From an uncultured Candidatus Saccharibacteria bacterium (GTDB taxonomy: Bacteria; Patescibacteriota; Minisyncoccia; Phycocordibacterales; UBA9973): DNA of 64,000 nucleotides. The notes under the pieces are model-generated. The model saw nothing but the letters and a program-made list of their open reading frames with translations, did no database searches and had not been told where the DNA came from. The stretch is from positions 64,319 to 128,318 of the forward strand of contig CAYXTA010000002.1 of NCBI GenBank assembly GCA_964468315.1, written 5' to 3'. A program made the position numbers and the translations under genes. This document shows positions 21,948 to 31,992 of the stretch, one piece after another (the stretch's first letter is position 1; each line of letters begins with the position of its first letter).

Positions 21948-22607
21948 TTAAATAATTTCGACTTTTCCAGAAGAATAAATATTTATAACTTTTTTTAGGC
22001 GACCTTCTGTATCTGAGATAGTAATTTCAGCTTTAAATTTAGTAATAAATTGATCATCAAAAATAATTGCATTTGAGTTTGGTCTTTTAAAATAAATATT
22101 TAATGTATTAGTAGAACAATCAGAAGTTGAGTTTTGATCTTCAAAAGTACATATACTTAAAATTTTATTATTTTTATCTATGGGTATTTTTTTTATTACT
22201 TTAGTCGGGTCATTTACATCAAAAAAGGTAAATGAGTAATCACTATAACTATCAATAAGATATACAAAACTAGAAGGATCTGAAATACTAAAAAACATTC
22301 CATATGTAGGCTTCCACAAAGGTAAAGCAGTGTCATAATTTAGATTTACTGGATTGTTTATAATAGTTGATCCAGCTTCGCCGGTATTTGGTATTTTACC
22401 AGCAATAGCACTTTTTTGTGCAGTTATTATTTGTAACGCTATATTTTGAGCAGTGTTTTGTAGGCTTATTTGTTTATCAAAATCTCCATATTTAAAAAGA
22501 AGTATGGAAGACATTGTACCAAAAATAGCGAGCACAACAATAAGTTCAACATAGGTCATTCCCCTGCTTAAATGATATTTTTTATTTTTAAAAAAGTTTT
22601 TAATCAT
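21948..22607 (-). CDS. Type IV pilin-like minor pilin (pseudopilin)
   Basis: SRGMTYVELIVVLAIFG N-terminus. Confidence 0.65.
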   Translation of the reverse strand: MIKNFFKNKKYHLSRGMTYVELIVVLAIFGTMSSILLFKYGDFDKQISLQNTAQNIALQIITAQKSAIAGKIPNTGEAGSTIINNPVNLNYDTALPLWKPTYGMFFSISDPSSFVYLIDSYSDYSFTFFDVNDPTKVIKKIPIDKNNKILSICTFEDQNSTSDCSTNTLNIYFKRPNSNAIIFDDQFITKFKAEITISDTEGRLKKVINIYSSGKVEII

Positions 22608-22612
22608 AAAAT

Positions 22613-23404
22613 TTAAAATACGAAGTTAAAGAAATTTAAATTAAATAAGAAAACTAAAATAGTACCAACAACTAAAAACGGAGCAAATGGTAATTCGCTT
22701 TTTATTTTATATTTCTTAGAGAAAATCAATAAACCGACACTTATAAATCCCCCTATCCAAAAAGACATTACAACAGCAGAGAAACCTTGTGATATGCCAA
22801 GCATCCAGCCAAGACCAAGAGCGAGCTTTGCATCACCAAAACCCATCCAAGTTCCACGGGATACAAACCAAAGAAAAGCAAAAGGTAAAGCAAGAAGTGG
22901 ACCAGAGAGAAATGCATACAAAGTAGGAATATGGATATTTAGTATTCCATCTGAAAAAATAAATATTCCACCAAAAGCAATAATGCCAAAAATAAGAGAC
23001 ATAAGATCTGGAATTATTTTATGTCTCATGTCATAAACAGAAATAACTATGAGTAAAGAAAAAAGAGTTGCATAATATGCAAGCAATATAGAAAAATTAA
23101 AAGTATTTGCCCAAAATAAATCTTGGTACTTTAAAAATATCACTGCAAAGAGGAAACCTATTATCATTTCTACTAGTGGATATTGAATAGAAATTTTTGA
23201 TTTGCATCCCCGGCACCTTCCTCCTTGGATCAAAAAACTTCCAAGCGGTATAAGCTCGTACCAACACAAATTTTTATTGCAAGACATACATGCAGACCTA
23301 CCACCAAAATTTCTTTGAGTATTATATCTACAAATAACCACATTCAAAAAACTACCGATCACGAGACCATAGATAAACAAAATAATAGTAATTGCCAAAG
23401 TCAT
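22613..23404 (-). CDS. pilD: Prepilin leader peptidase / N-methyltransferase (A24 family)
   Basis: N-terminal CxxC...CxxC Zn motif (CMSCNKNL...CRGCKSK), polytopic membrane protein, GFGDAKL region. Confidence 0.85.
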   Translation of the reverse strand: MTLAITIILFIYGLVIGSFLNVVICRYNTQRNFGGRSACMSCNKNLCWYELIPLGSFLIQGGRCRGCKSKISIQYPLVEMIIGFLFAVIFLKYQDLFWANTFNFSILLAYYATLFSLLIVISVYDMRHKIIPDLMSLIFGIIAFGGIFIFSDGILNIHIPTLYAFLSGPLLALPFAFLWFVSRGTWMGFGDAKLALGLGWMLGISQGFSAVVMSFWIGGFISVGLLIFSKKYKIKSELPFAPFLVVGTILVFLFNLNFFNFVF

Positions 23405-23460
23405 AAGATAATTATATCACATAAGCTAAAAACAAAAACAATTCATTTATGGAACTATTT

Positions 23461-23901
23461 TTAACTACATGAAAATTCACCAGTAATAACATTTGTATTC
23501 ATGGCACCATGTATTGAGGCACCCGATGAGTCAACACACCAAGAAGTTCCGTCACTTAAAATATGTTCTGCTGCCCAAGATGTTACAGTAGCTCTGCAAT
23601 CTGGAGGTATGGTACCTCCAGGATAATTAACAGCTCTTGTAAGAGCATTCATTCCCGAAGCTACGTCCGTAAACATACCAGAATTACAGTCACCTGCTGC
23701 ACCATAACCATTATTGTCTGTATAATATATCTCCGCAGCAGCTCTAATACTTGCTAATTGTGATTTTACTTTTGCATCATTACCTTTTGAACGAGCACTG
23801 TTAAGTGAAGCTAATACCACTGATGCTAAGATACCGATAATAGCGACTACGACCAAGAGTTCGATAAGTGTGAAACCTTTTTTGTAATTTATTTTAAGCA
23901 T
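23461..23901 (-). CDS. pilA: Type IV major pilin (paralog 1)
   Basis: KKGFTLIELLVVVAIIGILASVVLASLNSARSKGNDAK; Cys pair near the C-terminus. Confidence 0.85.
   Translation of the reverse strand: MLKINYKKGFTLIELLVVVAIIGILASVVLASLNSARSKGNDAKVKSQLASIRAAAEIYYTDNNGYGAAGDCNSGMFTDVASGMNALTRAVNYPGGTIPPDCRATVTSWAAEHILSDGTSWCVDSSGASIHGAMNTNVITGEFSCS
23747..23884. repeat. Near-identical about 140-nt block (pilin 5' coding region), copy 1
   Basis: atacttgctaattgtga...gttcgataagtgtgaaacctttttt is repeated at 24296..24434 with two or three mismatches. Confidence 0.8.
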
Positions 23902-23950
23902 ATTTTTATTTTTATAAATATTAAATAATACTCTTTCATTATATCACAAA

Positions 23951-23986
23951 CAAAAAACCTCAGAACAAGTCTGAGGTTTTTTAACT
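23951..23986 (-). terminator. Terminator between the two pilin paralogs
   Basis: aacctcagaacaagtctgaggtt flanked by A/T runs. Confidence 0.55.
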
Positions 23987-23996
23987 TTCTAAATAA

Positions 23997-24458
23997 TTAT
24001 GAACAAGATGTAGCGCCTCCAAGAACAGCTCCTTCTTCTTTTGAATTACCACTAGAATCTACACACCACCATTTATTTGCATCACTACTGAAAACATGAT
24101 CAACTGCCCAAGTAGTACCGTTAGCTGCAACATTACATTCATTTATACCAACCAATCCAGGATAATTAGTATTTAATAAAAGACTAGCTAAACCAGTTGT
24201 ATCAGCTCCAACAGCGCCTGGAGCGCAAACACTAACACTATTAGCCACATCATTATAAGTATTATGTTCTGTATAGAATATCTCTGCAGCAGCACGAATA
24301 CTTGCTAATTGTGACTTTATTTTTGCATCATTACCTTTTGAACGAGCACTGTTAAGTGAAGCTAATACCACTGATGCTAAGATACCGATAATAGCGACTA
24401 CGACCAAGAGTTCGATAAGTGTGAAACCTTTTTGCAAACTTGATTTACTAATTTTCAT
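23997..24458 (-). CDS. pilA: Type IV major pilin (paralog 2; identical N-terminal about 55 aa, divergent C-terminal domain)
   Basis: QKGFTLIELLVVVAIIGILASVVLASLNSARSKGNDAK. Confidence 0.85.
   Translation of the reverse strand: MKISKSSLQKGFTLIELLVVVAIIGILASVVLASLNSARSKGNDAKIKSQLASIRAAAEIFYTEHNTYNDVANSVSVCAPGAVGADTTGLASLLLNTNYPGLVGINECNVAANGTTWAVDHVFSSDANKWWCVDSSGNSKEEGAVLGGATSCS
24296..24434. repeat. Near-identical about 140-nt block, copy 2
   Basis: See copy 1 at 23747..23884. Confidence 0.8.
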
Positions 24459-24576
24459 AATTTTAATTTTTTTAATATAAATAATTCGACTTATTTTTTA
24501 ATTGTTTCCAATTGTTTTTAATGTATTCATTATATCACTAATAAAGTAAATAATACTACTACCTGTGGAAATCTTC

Positions 24577-25782
24577 TTATTGAATACTACCAGCAATATT
24601 ATAAATAGGTACAAGTACAGAAGTAAGTAATACTCCAACACCGAAACCAAGTACTACGATCATAACAGGTTCAATAAGTCCTACAAGAGTATCTACAGCA
24701 TCATCAACTTCACGCTTATAAAACAAAGCTAAAGTTTTCAAAATATTTCCTATAGATCCTGTCTCTTCTCCAACTCTCACCATCTGCACCAAGATACCTG
24801 GCATTTCTTCATGTTTCTGTAATGAATTTGAAAATGAAAGACCAGACTTCACCCCATCAGCGACTTCTTTTAAAATAGTTTTATAAACCTGACTACCTAC
24901 AACAGTAGAAGTAATATCGATAGCACGAACAATAGGGATACCTGAAGACAGCATTGTATCCATGTTATCTGAAATACGAGAAAGATAAAGCTTCTTGTAC
25001 AAATTGCCCACGACAGGTATTGATAATTTCATTCTGTCTAGATACATTTGTCCTCTTTCTGTAGAAGAAACTCTCCAAGACCAAAGACCACCAAGCACAA
25101 GGAAAATAACAAAAATAAATCCATAGTGAACAAAGAAATCTGAAAGAGCAATAATTATTTTTGTATAAAAAGGAATACTAGTACCAGAGTCAGCGATAAT
25201 AGCTGAAAGTTTTGGAATAACTACAACAAACATCAAGCCCATAACTACGAAGAATGTAACAATAACGAATGCTGGATAGATAAGAGCATTACGTGTCTTT
25301 GAAGTAAGAGAGTATTGTCTATCCAAATAATCAGCTAAGTAAGAAAATATCTGACTCAATTTTCCAGACTCCTCACCAGCACGAACCATGTTTACATAGA
25401 AATCAGAAAACACATCGTCGTGTTTTGCTAAAGCTCCTGAAATAGAAATACCACTTTGTAAATCATCAGTGATTTGATTTAGTTTTATTTGCAATAATTT
25501 ATTTTCAGAATTAGATGCGAGCATTGAGAAAGCTTTGAGCGCTGAGACTTGTGCTTCGAAAAGCGTAGAAATCTGGCGAGAAAGTATCACCACATCTTTC
25601 ATTGAAATTTTATTAAAGAAATGGAAACTAAGTAATGATTTTTGTTCTCCTTCTTCTTTTATAGAAAGTACAATAAGTCCGCGTCTTTGAAGACCTGAAA
25701 TAGCTACATCTTTTGATGGTGCATCTATAGAACCTTCTTTATTTACTCCTTTTTCATCAACAACTTTATATTTAAAAAGCAT
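24577..25782 (-). CDS. pilC: Type IV pilus inner-membrane platform protein (GspF/PilC family)
   Basis: Two T2SS-F domains with three TM segments; 401 aa. Confidence 0.85.
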   Translation of the reverse strand: MLFKYKVVDEKGVNKEGSIDAPSKDVAISGLQRRGLIVLSIKEEGEQKSLLSFHFFNKISMKDVVILSRQISTLFEAQVSALKAFSMLASNSENKLLQIKLNQITDDLQSGISISGALAKHDDVFSDFYVNMVRAGEESGKLSQIFSYLADYLDRQYSLTSKTRNALIYPAFVIVTFFVVMGLMFVVVIPKLSAIIADSGTSIPFYTKIIIALSDFFVHYGFIFVIFLVLGGLWSWRVSSTERGQMYLDRMKLSIPVVGNLYKKLYLSRISDNMDTMLSSGIPIVRAIDITSTVVGSQVYKTILKEVADGVKSGLSFSNSLQKHEEMPGILVQMVRVGEETGSIGNILKTLALFYKREVDDAVDTLVGLIEPVMIVVLGFGVGVLLTSVLVPIYNIAGSIQ

Positions 25783-25785
25783 ATA

Positions 25786-26844
25786 TTATAAAAGTCTCTC
25801 TAGACCTTTTGGATTAAGTGAATACTGATAAGCAGATTCTATTGATATCTCCCCTGCACGAACAAGTTCTACAAGTGAACGATTTAAATCAACCATTCCC
25901 TGTTCAGAACCAGTCTCAATAACAACGTCTATTTCATTTGTTCTTTTCTCGCGGATTAAGTTTGCAACAGCATTATTATTCAGGAGTATTTCATAAGCTG
26001 GCACAAGTCCTCCTGATATTCTAGGTATTAAACGCTGAGAGAAAATACAAAGCAAACTTGAAGCAAGCTGTATGCGTATTTGATCTTGTTGGTTACCAGG
26101 AAAAGAGTCAATAATACGATCGATAGCTTGTGAAGCATTGTTCGTGTGTAAAGTAGAAAGAACGAGGTGGCCAGTCTCAGCAGCAGTCACTGCTGTACCT
26201 ATAGTTTCAATATTACGCATTTCACCGATCATAATAACATTTACATCTTCACGAAAAGTGGATTTAAGTGCCACATGGAAATCAGTAGTATCTATACCAA
26301 CTTCACGCTGATCAATAATTGCTTTATTTGGAGTATAAATATGTTCTATTGGGTCTTCGATTGTTATGATATGTCTCGCCTCTTCGTTATTGATAAGGTT
26401 TATCATTGCAGCAAGTGTAGTGGACTTACCTTGTCCAACAGATCCAACACAAAGAAAGAATCCTTGCTTCTTACGAGTAAGCTCAGCAATAATAGGGGGC
26501 AACCGTAATTCTTCCAAAGTTTTTACTTTTGGAATTAAACGCATTGCAAGACTGATACTTCCCTTTTGAAAAAAAGCATTACAACGAAAACGAGATTCTC
26601 CTTTGTAATCATAAGAGAAATCAATCTCTTGTTTTTTCATAAACTCATCCAATTTTTCTTTATTCAAAAGTATAGATAAAATACCAAGCATATCGTCTCG
26701 AGTAAGCTCTGGATATTTTAAAAGAAAAGTAAGCTCACCTAAAACTCTGACAACAGGACGACGTCCAACACCTAAATGCAAGTCTGAACCAGACTCCCTG
26801 ATAATTGTTAAAATAAGTTCTTCAAGTGTTTTTTGATAATCCAT
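25786..26844 (-). CDS. pilT: Type IV pilus retraction ATPase
   Basis: 352 aa; Walker A GSVGQGKSTT; PilT/PilU-size hexameric ATPase. Confidence 0.85.
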   Translation of the reverse strand: MDYQKTLEELILTIIRESGSDLHLGVGRRPVVRVLGELTFLLKYPELTRDDMLGILSILLNKEKLDEFMKKQEIDFSYDYKGESRFRCNAFFQKGSISLAMRLIPKVKTLEELRLPPIIAELTRKKQGFFLCVGSVGQGKSTTLAAMINLINNEEARHIITIEDPIEHIYTPNKAIIDQREVGIDTTDFHVALKSTFREDVNVIMIGEMRNIETIGTAVTAAETGHLVLSTLHTNNASQAIDRIIDSFPGNQQDQIRIQLASSLLCIFSQRLIPRISGGLVPAYEILLNNNAVANLIREKRTNEIDVVIETGSEQGMVDLNRSLVELVRAGEISIESAYQYSLNPKGLERLL

Positions 26845-26856
26845 ATTTAATATATT

Positions 26857-27246
26857 TTATTTTACTTTATTTAAAATTTCGTTTACTTGAGATACTACTT
26901 CCGCAGGAGTATTACTTGCTTTGATTATGTATCCAGAGGCACCGAGTTTTATACCTGTATCGATATCAGATTGCTGGCCTTTATTTGATAAAATAATTTT
27001 CACTGAACTAGGAGAAATATTTTCTGTATTTATTTTTTTTAACATTTCAAAACCATCCATCTCGGGCATCATAATATCTAATAAGATAATATCTGGAGAA
27101 AAACCTGCATTTAGTTTTTCTATTGCTTCTTTACCATTGAAAGCTGTTGAGACAATAAAATTATTTTGAGTAAATTTTAAAGCATACATATCGATAAGAA
27201 ACGCATCATCGTCCACTATTAGAATTTTTTTATTTTCTGTATCCAT
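26857..27246 (-). CDS. Single-domain response regulator (CheY/PilH-like receiver)
   Basis: ILIVDDDAFL...DIILLDIMMPEMDGFEML...KIILSNKG. Confidence 0.8.
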   Translation of the reverse strand: MDTENKKILIVDDDAFLIDMYALKFTQNNFIVSTAFNGKEAIEKLNAGFSPDIILLDIMMPEMDGFEMLKKINTENISPSSVKIILSNKGQQSDIDTGIKLGASGYIIKASNTPAEVVSQVNEILNKVK

Positions 27247-27284
27247 TGTTTTATTATATCAAATAATCTAATAAAAAGTGCAAA

Positions 27285-29033
27285 TTAATCAATATCACTA
27301 GTAAAATCATAGACTTCTTGGAAAGGTATTGTTCCTTCTATTGATTTCAACATAGCATCTTCTTGCATTGTAAACATACCATTTTTGCGAGCTACTTTAT
27401 AAATCTCAGCCCCAACTGGGTTTTTTAAAATAACTTGTTGCATTTCTTTATCAACTTTAAACATTTCAAAAACAGCAATACGACCCCGTGTTCCTGATGG
27501 ACATTCTGCGGATGGAACTGTTTCGTAATATTGTTCACCTATCTTTACATCTTTTTTAAATTCTTCTGGCAAATCAGCTAATGATTTTTCTATTTGTGCT
27601 TTTATCAAAGGATCCATAGGTGAAAGTTTTTTGGAACTTGGACAAGTAAGACGAGCAAGACGTTCTGCCATAGAAAGAATGAGTGTAGGCGCAATAAGAT
27701 AAGGATCAACTCCCATATCCACAAGTCTAGGAATTGCTCCGATAGCATTGTTCGTGTGCAAAGTAGAAAGAACGAGGTGACCAGTAAGAGCAGCTTGAAT
27801 AGCAAGCTGTGCTGTTTCTTTATCACGTATTTCTCCCACAAGAATAATATCTGGGTCTTGTCTCAAAATAGAACGTAGTCCAGAAGCAAAATCATAACCG
27901 ATTTCTGGCATCATTTGTGATTGGTTAATATCTGGTATGTGATATTCTACTGGGTCTTCCAATGAAACAATATTTCTTTTTTCTTTATCAAGTTCATTGA
28001 TCATAGAATAAAGTGTTGTGGACTTACCGGAACCTGTCGGACCAGTGATAAGTATAAGTCCGTAAGGACGACTAATAGCTTCACGGACCATTTCCAAATT
28101 TCTCTTTGAAAGACCTAGAGAATCAAGTGGTTTTACACCTTTTTCAGAATCCAATATACGCATCACAACTTTTTCTCCATAATACGCAGGCATTGTAGAA
28201 ACACGAAAATCAACTTTTCGTCCATCGATATTCATAGAGAAACTTCCATCTTGTGGTTTTCTTTTTTCGTCGAGTCTTAATTTTGAAAGTATTTTAATAC
28301 GAGAAACAATACCATTGTAAATATTTGGAGGGAGAACAATAGTAGTATGAAGTGTACCGTCAACACGATAACGGACTTTTACTTTTTCTCCATTAAATTC
28401 TATGTGTATATCAGAAGCACCTCCTTCAATAGCATTGCGTAAAATCACAGCAACGATTTTTATAACAGGAGCGCTTTCGACTATTTTTGCTTCATCATTT
28501 GATTTAACATCTTTCAAACTTTTTTCTAAAGACAAATCTCCAAGATCTTTTATGTCCGTAGTATCTTCATCATCAAATTTATCGAGACTTTCAGCAATAC
28601 CTCCGACGATACCTTTGTAATTTTCCATAATACTGTCATAGTCTTTTTTTGAAATAAGAAAAATTTTAAAAGGTATGTTTAATTTTGCAGAAATAAATTG
28701 CAAAGCATCCATAGAGCTTATATTTTCAGGATCAGTAATACCAACCTCCAAAACTCCATCAGAAAGAGTAATAGGCGCAAAATGATAATGAGTAGCGGAG
28801 TCTTCTGGTATATATTTTAATGCTTCGAAAGAAAGAGATTTTGTAGTTATTTTTTTTACTGGTATAGAAAAATATTCGCCTTTTATTTTTAAAGCTTCGT
28901 CTATGTCTACGCCAAATTCGGTAAGAGCATCTTCTATTTCTCCAGAATATTTTTCACCTGCTCTACTTTTAATTTGCGCTATTTGGCTTTCTTGTATTAA
29001 GCCTTTTTTAGCAAGTTCTTCTAAAAAACTCAT
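27285..29033 (-). CDS. pilB: Type IV pilus assembly ATPase (GspE family)
   Basis: N-terminal GSPII_E_N domain, Walker A GPTGSGKSTT, tetracysteine CPSS...CPSG. Confidence 0.9.
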   Translation of the reverse strand: MSFLEELAKKGLIQESQIAQIKSRAGEKYSGEIEDALTEFGVDIDEALKIKGEYFSIPVKKITTKSLSFEALKYIPEDSATHYHFAPITLSDGVLEVGITDPENISSMDALQFISAKLNIPFKIFLISKKDYDSIMENYKGIVGGIAESLDKFDDEDTTDIKDLGDLSLEKSLKDVKSNDEAKIVESAPVIKIVAVILRNAIEGGASDIHIEFNGEKVKVRYRVDGTLHTTIVLPPNIYNGIVSRIKILSKLRLDEKRKPQDGSFSMNIDGRKVDFRVSTMPAYYGEKVVMRILDSEKGVKPLDSLGLSKRNLEMVREAISRPYGLILITGPTGSGKSTTLYSMINELDKEKRNIVSLEDPVEYHIPDINQSQMMPEIGYDFASGLRSILRQDPDIILVGEIRDKETAQLAIQAALTGHLVLSTLHTNNAIGAIPRLVDMGVDPYLIAPTLILSMAERLARLTCPSSKKLSPMDPLIKAQIEKSLADLPEEFKKDVKIGEQYYETVPSAECPSGTRGRIAVFEMFKVDKEMQQVILKNPVGAEIYKVARKNGMFTMQEDAMLKSIEGTIPFQEVYDFTSDID

Positions 29034-29035
29034 AA

Positions 29036-29605
29036 TTAATTACCTTTATTAGGTGTTATCGTTATGTTACTTACCGGTGTTTGTGTATTTGGAACTATAA
29101 CTGGTGTACTAGTAGGTGTTATGGTGTTTTGTGTTGGCAAAACAAAATCAACACTTGTGCCACCGCTTGAATCTATTGATATATTTGGAATACTTGTGTT
29201 CGTATCTGTAGCAGTATTTGTAACTGTTGCAGGTGCTATAGGATCGGTACCAATAGGCGCAAATGGATTTGGTCTTCCCTCATTACCATCTGGAACAAGT
29301 TCTATTGTAGAATTTTGTAATGTTCCAAAAGCTGGTTCTTTAAATATTTCTTGATTCAAATTTATTTTTCTAACACTCAGTAATATAGTTAAAAAATCTT
29401 GTTCAGACATCGTAGGATTTGTAGTAGTTGCCACAGAAGAAGTATTTGTATTTTGACCTGTTGTACTTGCAACAGGTGCTATTGGAGCAGATACTGTGTT
29501 TGACACAGGCATAGCAGTATCTTGTTTTGAAAAATAAAAATAAATACCATAACCAATTCCGGCCAAGACGATAAGTATTAAAATTGTTTTTATTATTGAA
29601 GACAT
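29036..29605 (-). CDS. TM-anchored Thr/Pro-rich pilus-associated protein (PilP-like?)
   Basis: N-terminal TM then low-complexity T/P/N-rich sequence; sits between pilO and pilB. Confidence 0.4.
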   Translation of the reverse strand: MSSIIKTILILIVLAGIGYGIYFYFSKQDTAMPVSNTVSAPIAPVASTTGQNTNTSSVATTTNPTMSEQDFLTILLSVRKINLNQEIFKEPAFGTLQNSTIELVPDGNEGRPNPFAPIGTDPIAPATVTNTATDTNTSIPNISIDSSGGTSVDFVLPTQNTITPTSTPVIVPNTQTPVSNITITPNKGN

Positions 29606-29606
29606 A

Positions 29607-30212
29607 TTAATTTTTTAACCAATAAGTTTTTATCTTTATTGTATATTTATAATCATCGGAATTAACTTTTTGTGAAGAAATAGCAAGTCCTCCTCCTGAA
29701 GGAGCATCTGAAGCAAATTCTATTGAAGACACATCTACTATTCTCAAATTCTTTTCAAGATCTTTTAAGAAAGCAGTGAAATTTCCATATGTTCCTTGTG
29801 TTGAAAATTGAAGATCCCAACTTCCATAATCTTTTCTGGAATTACCAGTTTTGTCCATTGGCTTTGCTGCTGCACCTGTTTTTGCTTTATCATCTTCAGA
29901 ACTATATTTTACATCTTTCAAAGACATATTGTATGGAGATGCTATTTTCTCTATTTCAAGAATAAGACGAATATTATCTACACTGTCTGGCAAAAGAACT
30001 TTTAACTTATCTAAATCTTCTTTAGACATTGAATTTTGTTTTGTTACAAGTTTATCTCTCTCTTGTTCCAATGCTTTAGAATTTGTCAGTGCTTGGTTGT
30101 ATGAATCAGACTTTGTACGTAAATCTTGAATGTCATTATATACAGGACTTAGGAACATGAAAAAACCTGCTATTGCCATACCTATTAAAATGATTGGAAT
30201 AACGAATCTCAT
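29607..30212 (-). CDS. pilO: Pilus assembly protein PilO-like
   Basis: Single N-terminal TM, coiled-coil, position after the pilN-like gene. Confidence 0.55.
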   Translation of the reverse strand: MRFVIPIILIGMAIAGFFMFLSPVYNDIQDLRTKSDSYNQALTNSKALEQERDKLVTKQNSMSKEDLDKLKVLLPDSVDNIRLILEIEKIASPYNMSLKDVKYSSEDDKAKTGAAAKPMDKTGNSRKDYGSWDLQFSTQGTYGNFTAFLKDLEKNLRIVDVSSIEFASDAPSGGGLAISSQKVNSDDYKYTIKIKTYWLKN

Positions 30213-30213
30213 A

Positions 30214-30813
30214 TTAATTTGAAAGACTTGTCTTGACTAATTGTTGATAATTTACAAAAGATGGATTCACTGTGAAAGATAATTCAAAAATAACATTACC
30301 TTTAGTGTCGAGTGAAAGATTTGAGAAAACTGGATCTATGATATTTTTGTCTTTACTAAGTAAATCAGCTTGTAATGCTACTGCTCTATAATTGACTGCT
30401 TGACCACTCATTTTTACAACTACTTTATTATCTGTATCCCCTTGTACGTAACTAAACTTTGTATAACGAATAGTTTTCAAAGTTGAAGCTTGTAATGCTT
30501 CAAATATAGGAGTAGTTGCTAAGTGTTTAGATAAAATATAAGTTGAAGCATTGAGACGCTTGTCGAGCTCTTGTAATTCAGTAATTTTTTTACCTTCAAA
30601 TCTACTTGAAGCCAGTCTCAATTCATTTTTCATTGAATCAACTTTTTGATTCAAAACATTTTTATAAAAATAAAGACCAGCATAAGCTATACCAACAGAA
30701 AGAAAAACAAAAATAGAAAGTATAAGCAAAAAACTCGTCGGACGTGCTTTAGCAGTACGAGTATCAGCTACTGGTGCTTTTGGTATAAATGATGTTTGAA
30801 AATTTTGATCCAT
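30214..30813 (-). CDS. pilN: Pilus assembly protein PilN-like
   Basis: Single TM after about 25 aa, coiled-coil; follows pilM. Confidence 0.55.
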   Translation of the reverse strand: MDQNFQTSFIPKAPVADTRTAKARPTSFLLILSIFVFLSVGIAYAGLYFYKNVLNQKVDSMKNELRLASSRFEGKKITELQELDKRLNASTYILSKHLATTPIFEALQASTLKTIRYTKFSYVQGDTDNKVVVKMSGQAVNYRAVALQADLLSKDKNIIDPVFSNLSLDTKGNVIFELSFTVNPSFVNYQQLVKTSLSN

Positions 30814-30841
30814 TATATATTTTTACACTCTATACATTATC

Positions 30842-31978
30842 TCATTGCAATTTTCTAAGTGCAAGGCCAAGTGCTATTGCAAACTCAGGTCCAGTCGAAA
30901 CTAAAACTTTTTCTAGGAATGCTGGTGCACCAACTTTTGCAAAAGGATTACCTGTAACAACTTCTACCGGAAATGTACTTACTGCACTTTCTTTGAAACC
31001 TTTAAGTAGAGTCCCTCCGCCAGTCAAAATAATCTTACTAATAGTCTTGTTGTATTTCTTCTCGTAATTTAATAATACACTATTTGTTTCAGAAAATACA
31101 TAATCAGTGTGGATTTTTATTATTTCTGGTAAAGCTTTTTCTACAGGATTGTCGAGTAAGCCAAATTCTTTTTTCATTTCTTCTGCTTTTGCAAAAGGAA
31201 TGCTTAAAGATTTTGAAATTGATTCTGTTATGTCTGCCCCACCACGATTGATAGTATGAAAACTTTTTACAGAACCGAATTCTACTATTGAAAGTTTTGT
31301 TTTGTATGCGCCAAAATCTATCATGAGTACTGGGGAGAGTTCGTGTTCGAAATTTGCACGAACAGCAGAGAAAATTTCTAATTCAAAAAAATCAGCAGCG
31401 AAATCACATTGTTTTACTATTGTCTGATATTTTGAAATAGTTTCGTTTTGAATAGCTACTACGAGCACTTCTATTTTTTCTACATCCTGAGCTGGAAGAT
31501 CTGGATTATTTGATTCTTCAAATGAAGCTTGTTTTCTTGGTAAGATAAAATAATCGAGTGAAACTTCGTCTATAGGAACAGGGATATATTTTCTTGCTTC
31601 TGTTGGAATAATGTCTTTCAAATCACTTTCTCTGACTGTCGCAGGAAGCTCTATGAGAAATATCAAACTTGATTGTGAAGGAATAGACAAAGCAGATGAA
31701 GCCGTTGTAACACCTGATTGTTTCAAAACTTCTTTCAAAGCAGTGATAGTCTTTTCTATTTCTAGATTTGTAACTCTACCTATTTCTATATCAGCATATG
31801 GACCAAGAGCAATAGAACCGTACGTCTCAAGTACAGCCTTACCACCTTTCTTTTTTATTTGTACTATTTTAATAGCTGAAGTACCTATATCTATACCGAC
31901 AGCACTATCTGATGAAGAACCAGAAGACGCGAAAATACTTTTGCCCATATCTACTATTTTTTGAAAAGGATTGTCCAT
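30842..31978 (-). CDS. pilM: Type IV pilus assembly protein PilM (actin-like ATPase)
   Basis: GIDIGTSAIKIVQIK...; FtsA/PilM fold motifs. Confidence 0.8.
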   Translation of the reverse strand: MDNPFQKIVDMGKSIFASSGSSSDSAVGIDIGTSAIKIVQIKKKGGKAVLETYGSIALGPYADIEIGRVTNLEIEKTITALKEVLKQSGVTTASSALSIPSQSSLIFLIELPATVRESDLKDIIPTEARKYIPVPIDEVSLDYFILPRKQASFEESNNPDLPAQDVEKIEVLVVAIQNETISKYQTIVKQCDFAADFFELEIFSAVRANFEHELSPVLMIDFGAYKTKLSIVEFGSVKSFHTINRGGADITESISKSLSIPFAKAEEMKKEFGLLDNPVEKALPEIIKIHTDYVFSETNSVLLNYEKKYNKTISKIILTGGGTLLKGFKESAVSTFPVEVVTGNPFAKVGAPAFLEKVLVSTGPEFAIALGLALRKLQ

Positions 31979-31992
31979 GAAAATTTAAAATT

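Noticed and set aside
23747-24434. Direct repeats of about 140 nt that could be mistaken for a CRISPR or other repeat array
   Set aside because: Only two copies, each lying inside a pilin coding region and encoding the conserved pilin N-terminus; no short regularly spaced repeats anywhere in the window.
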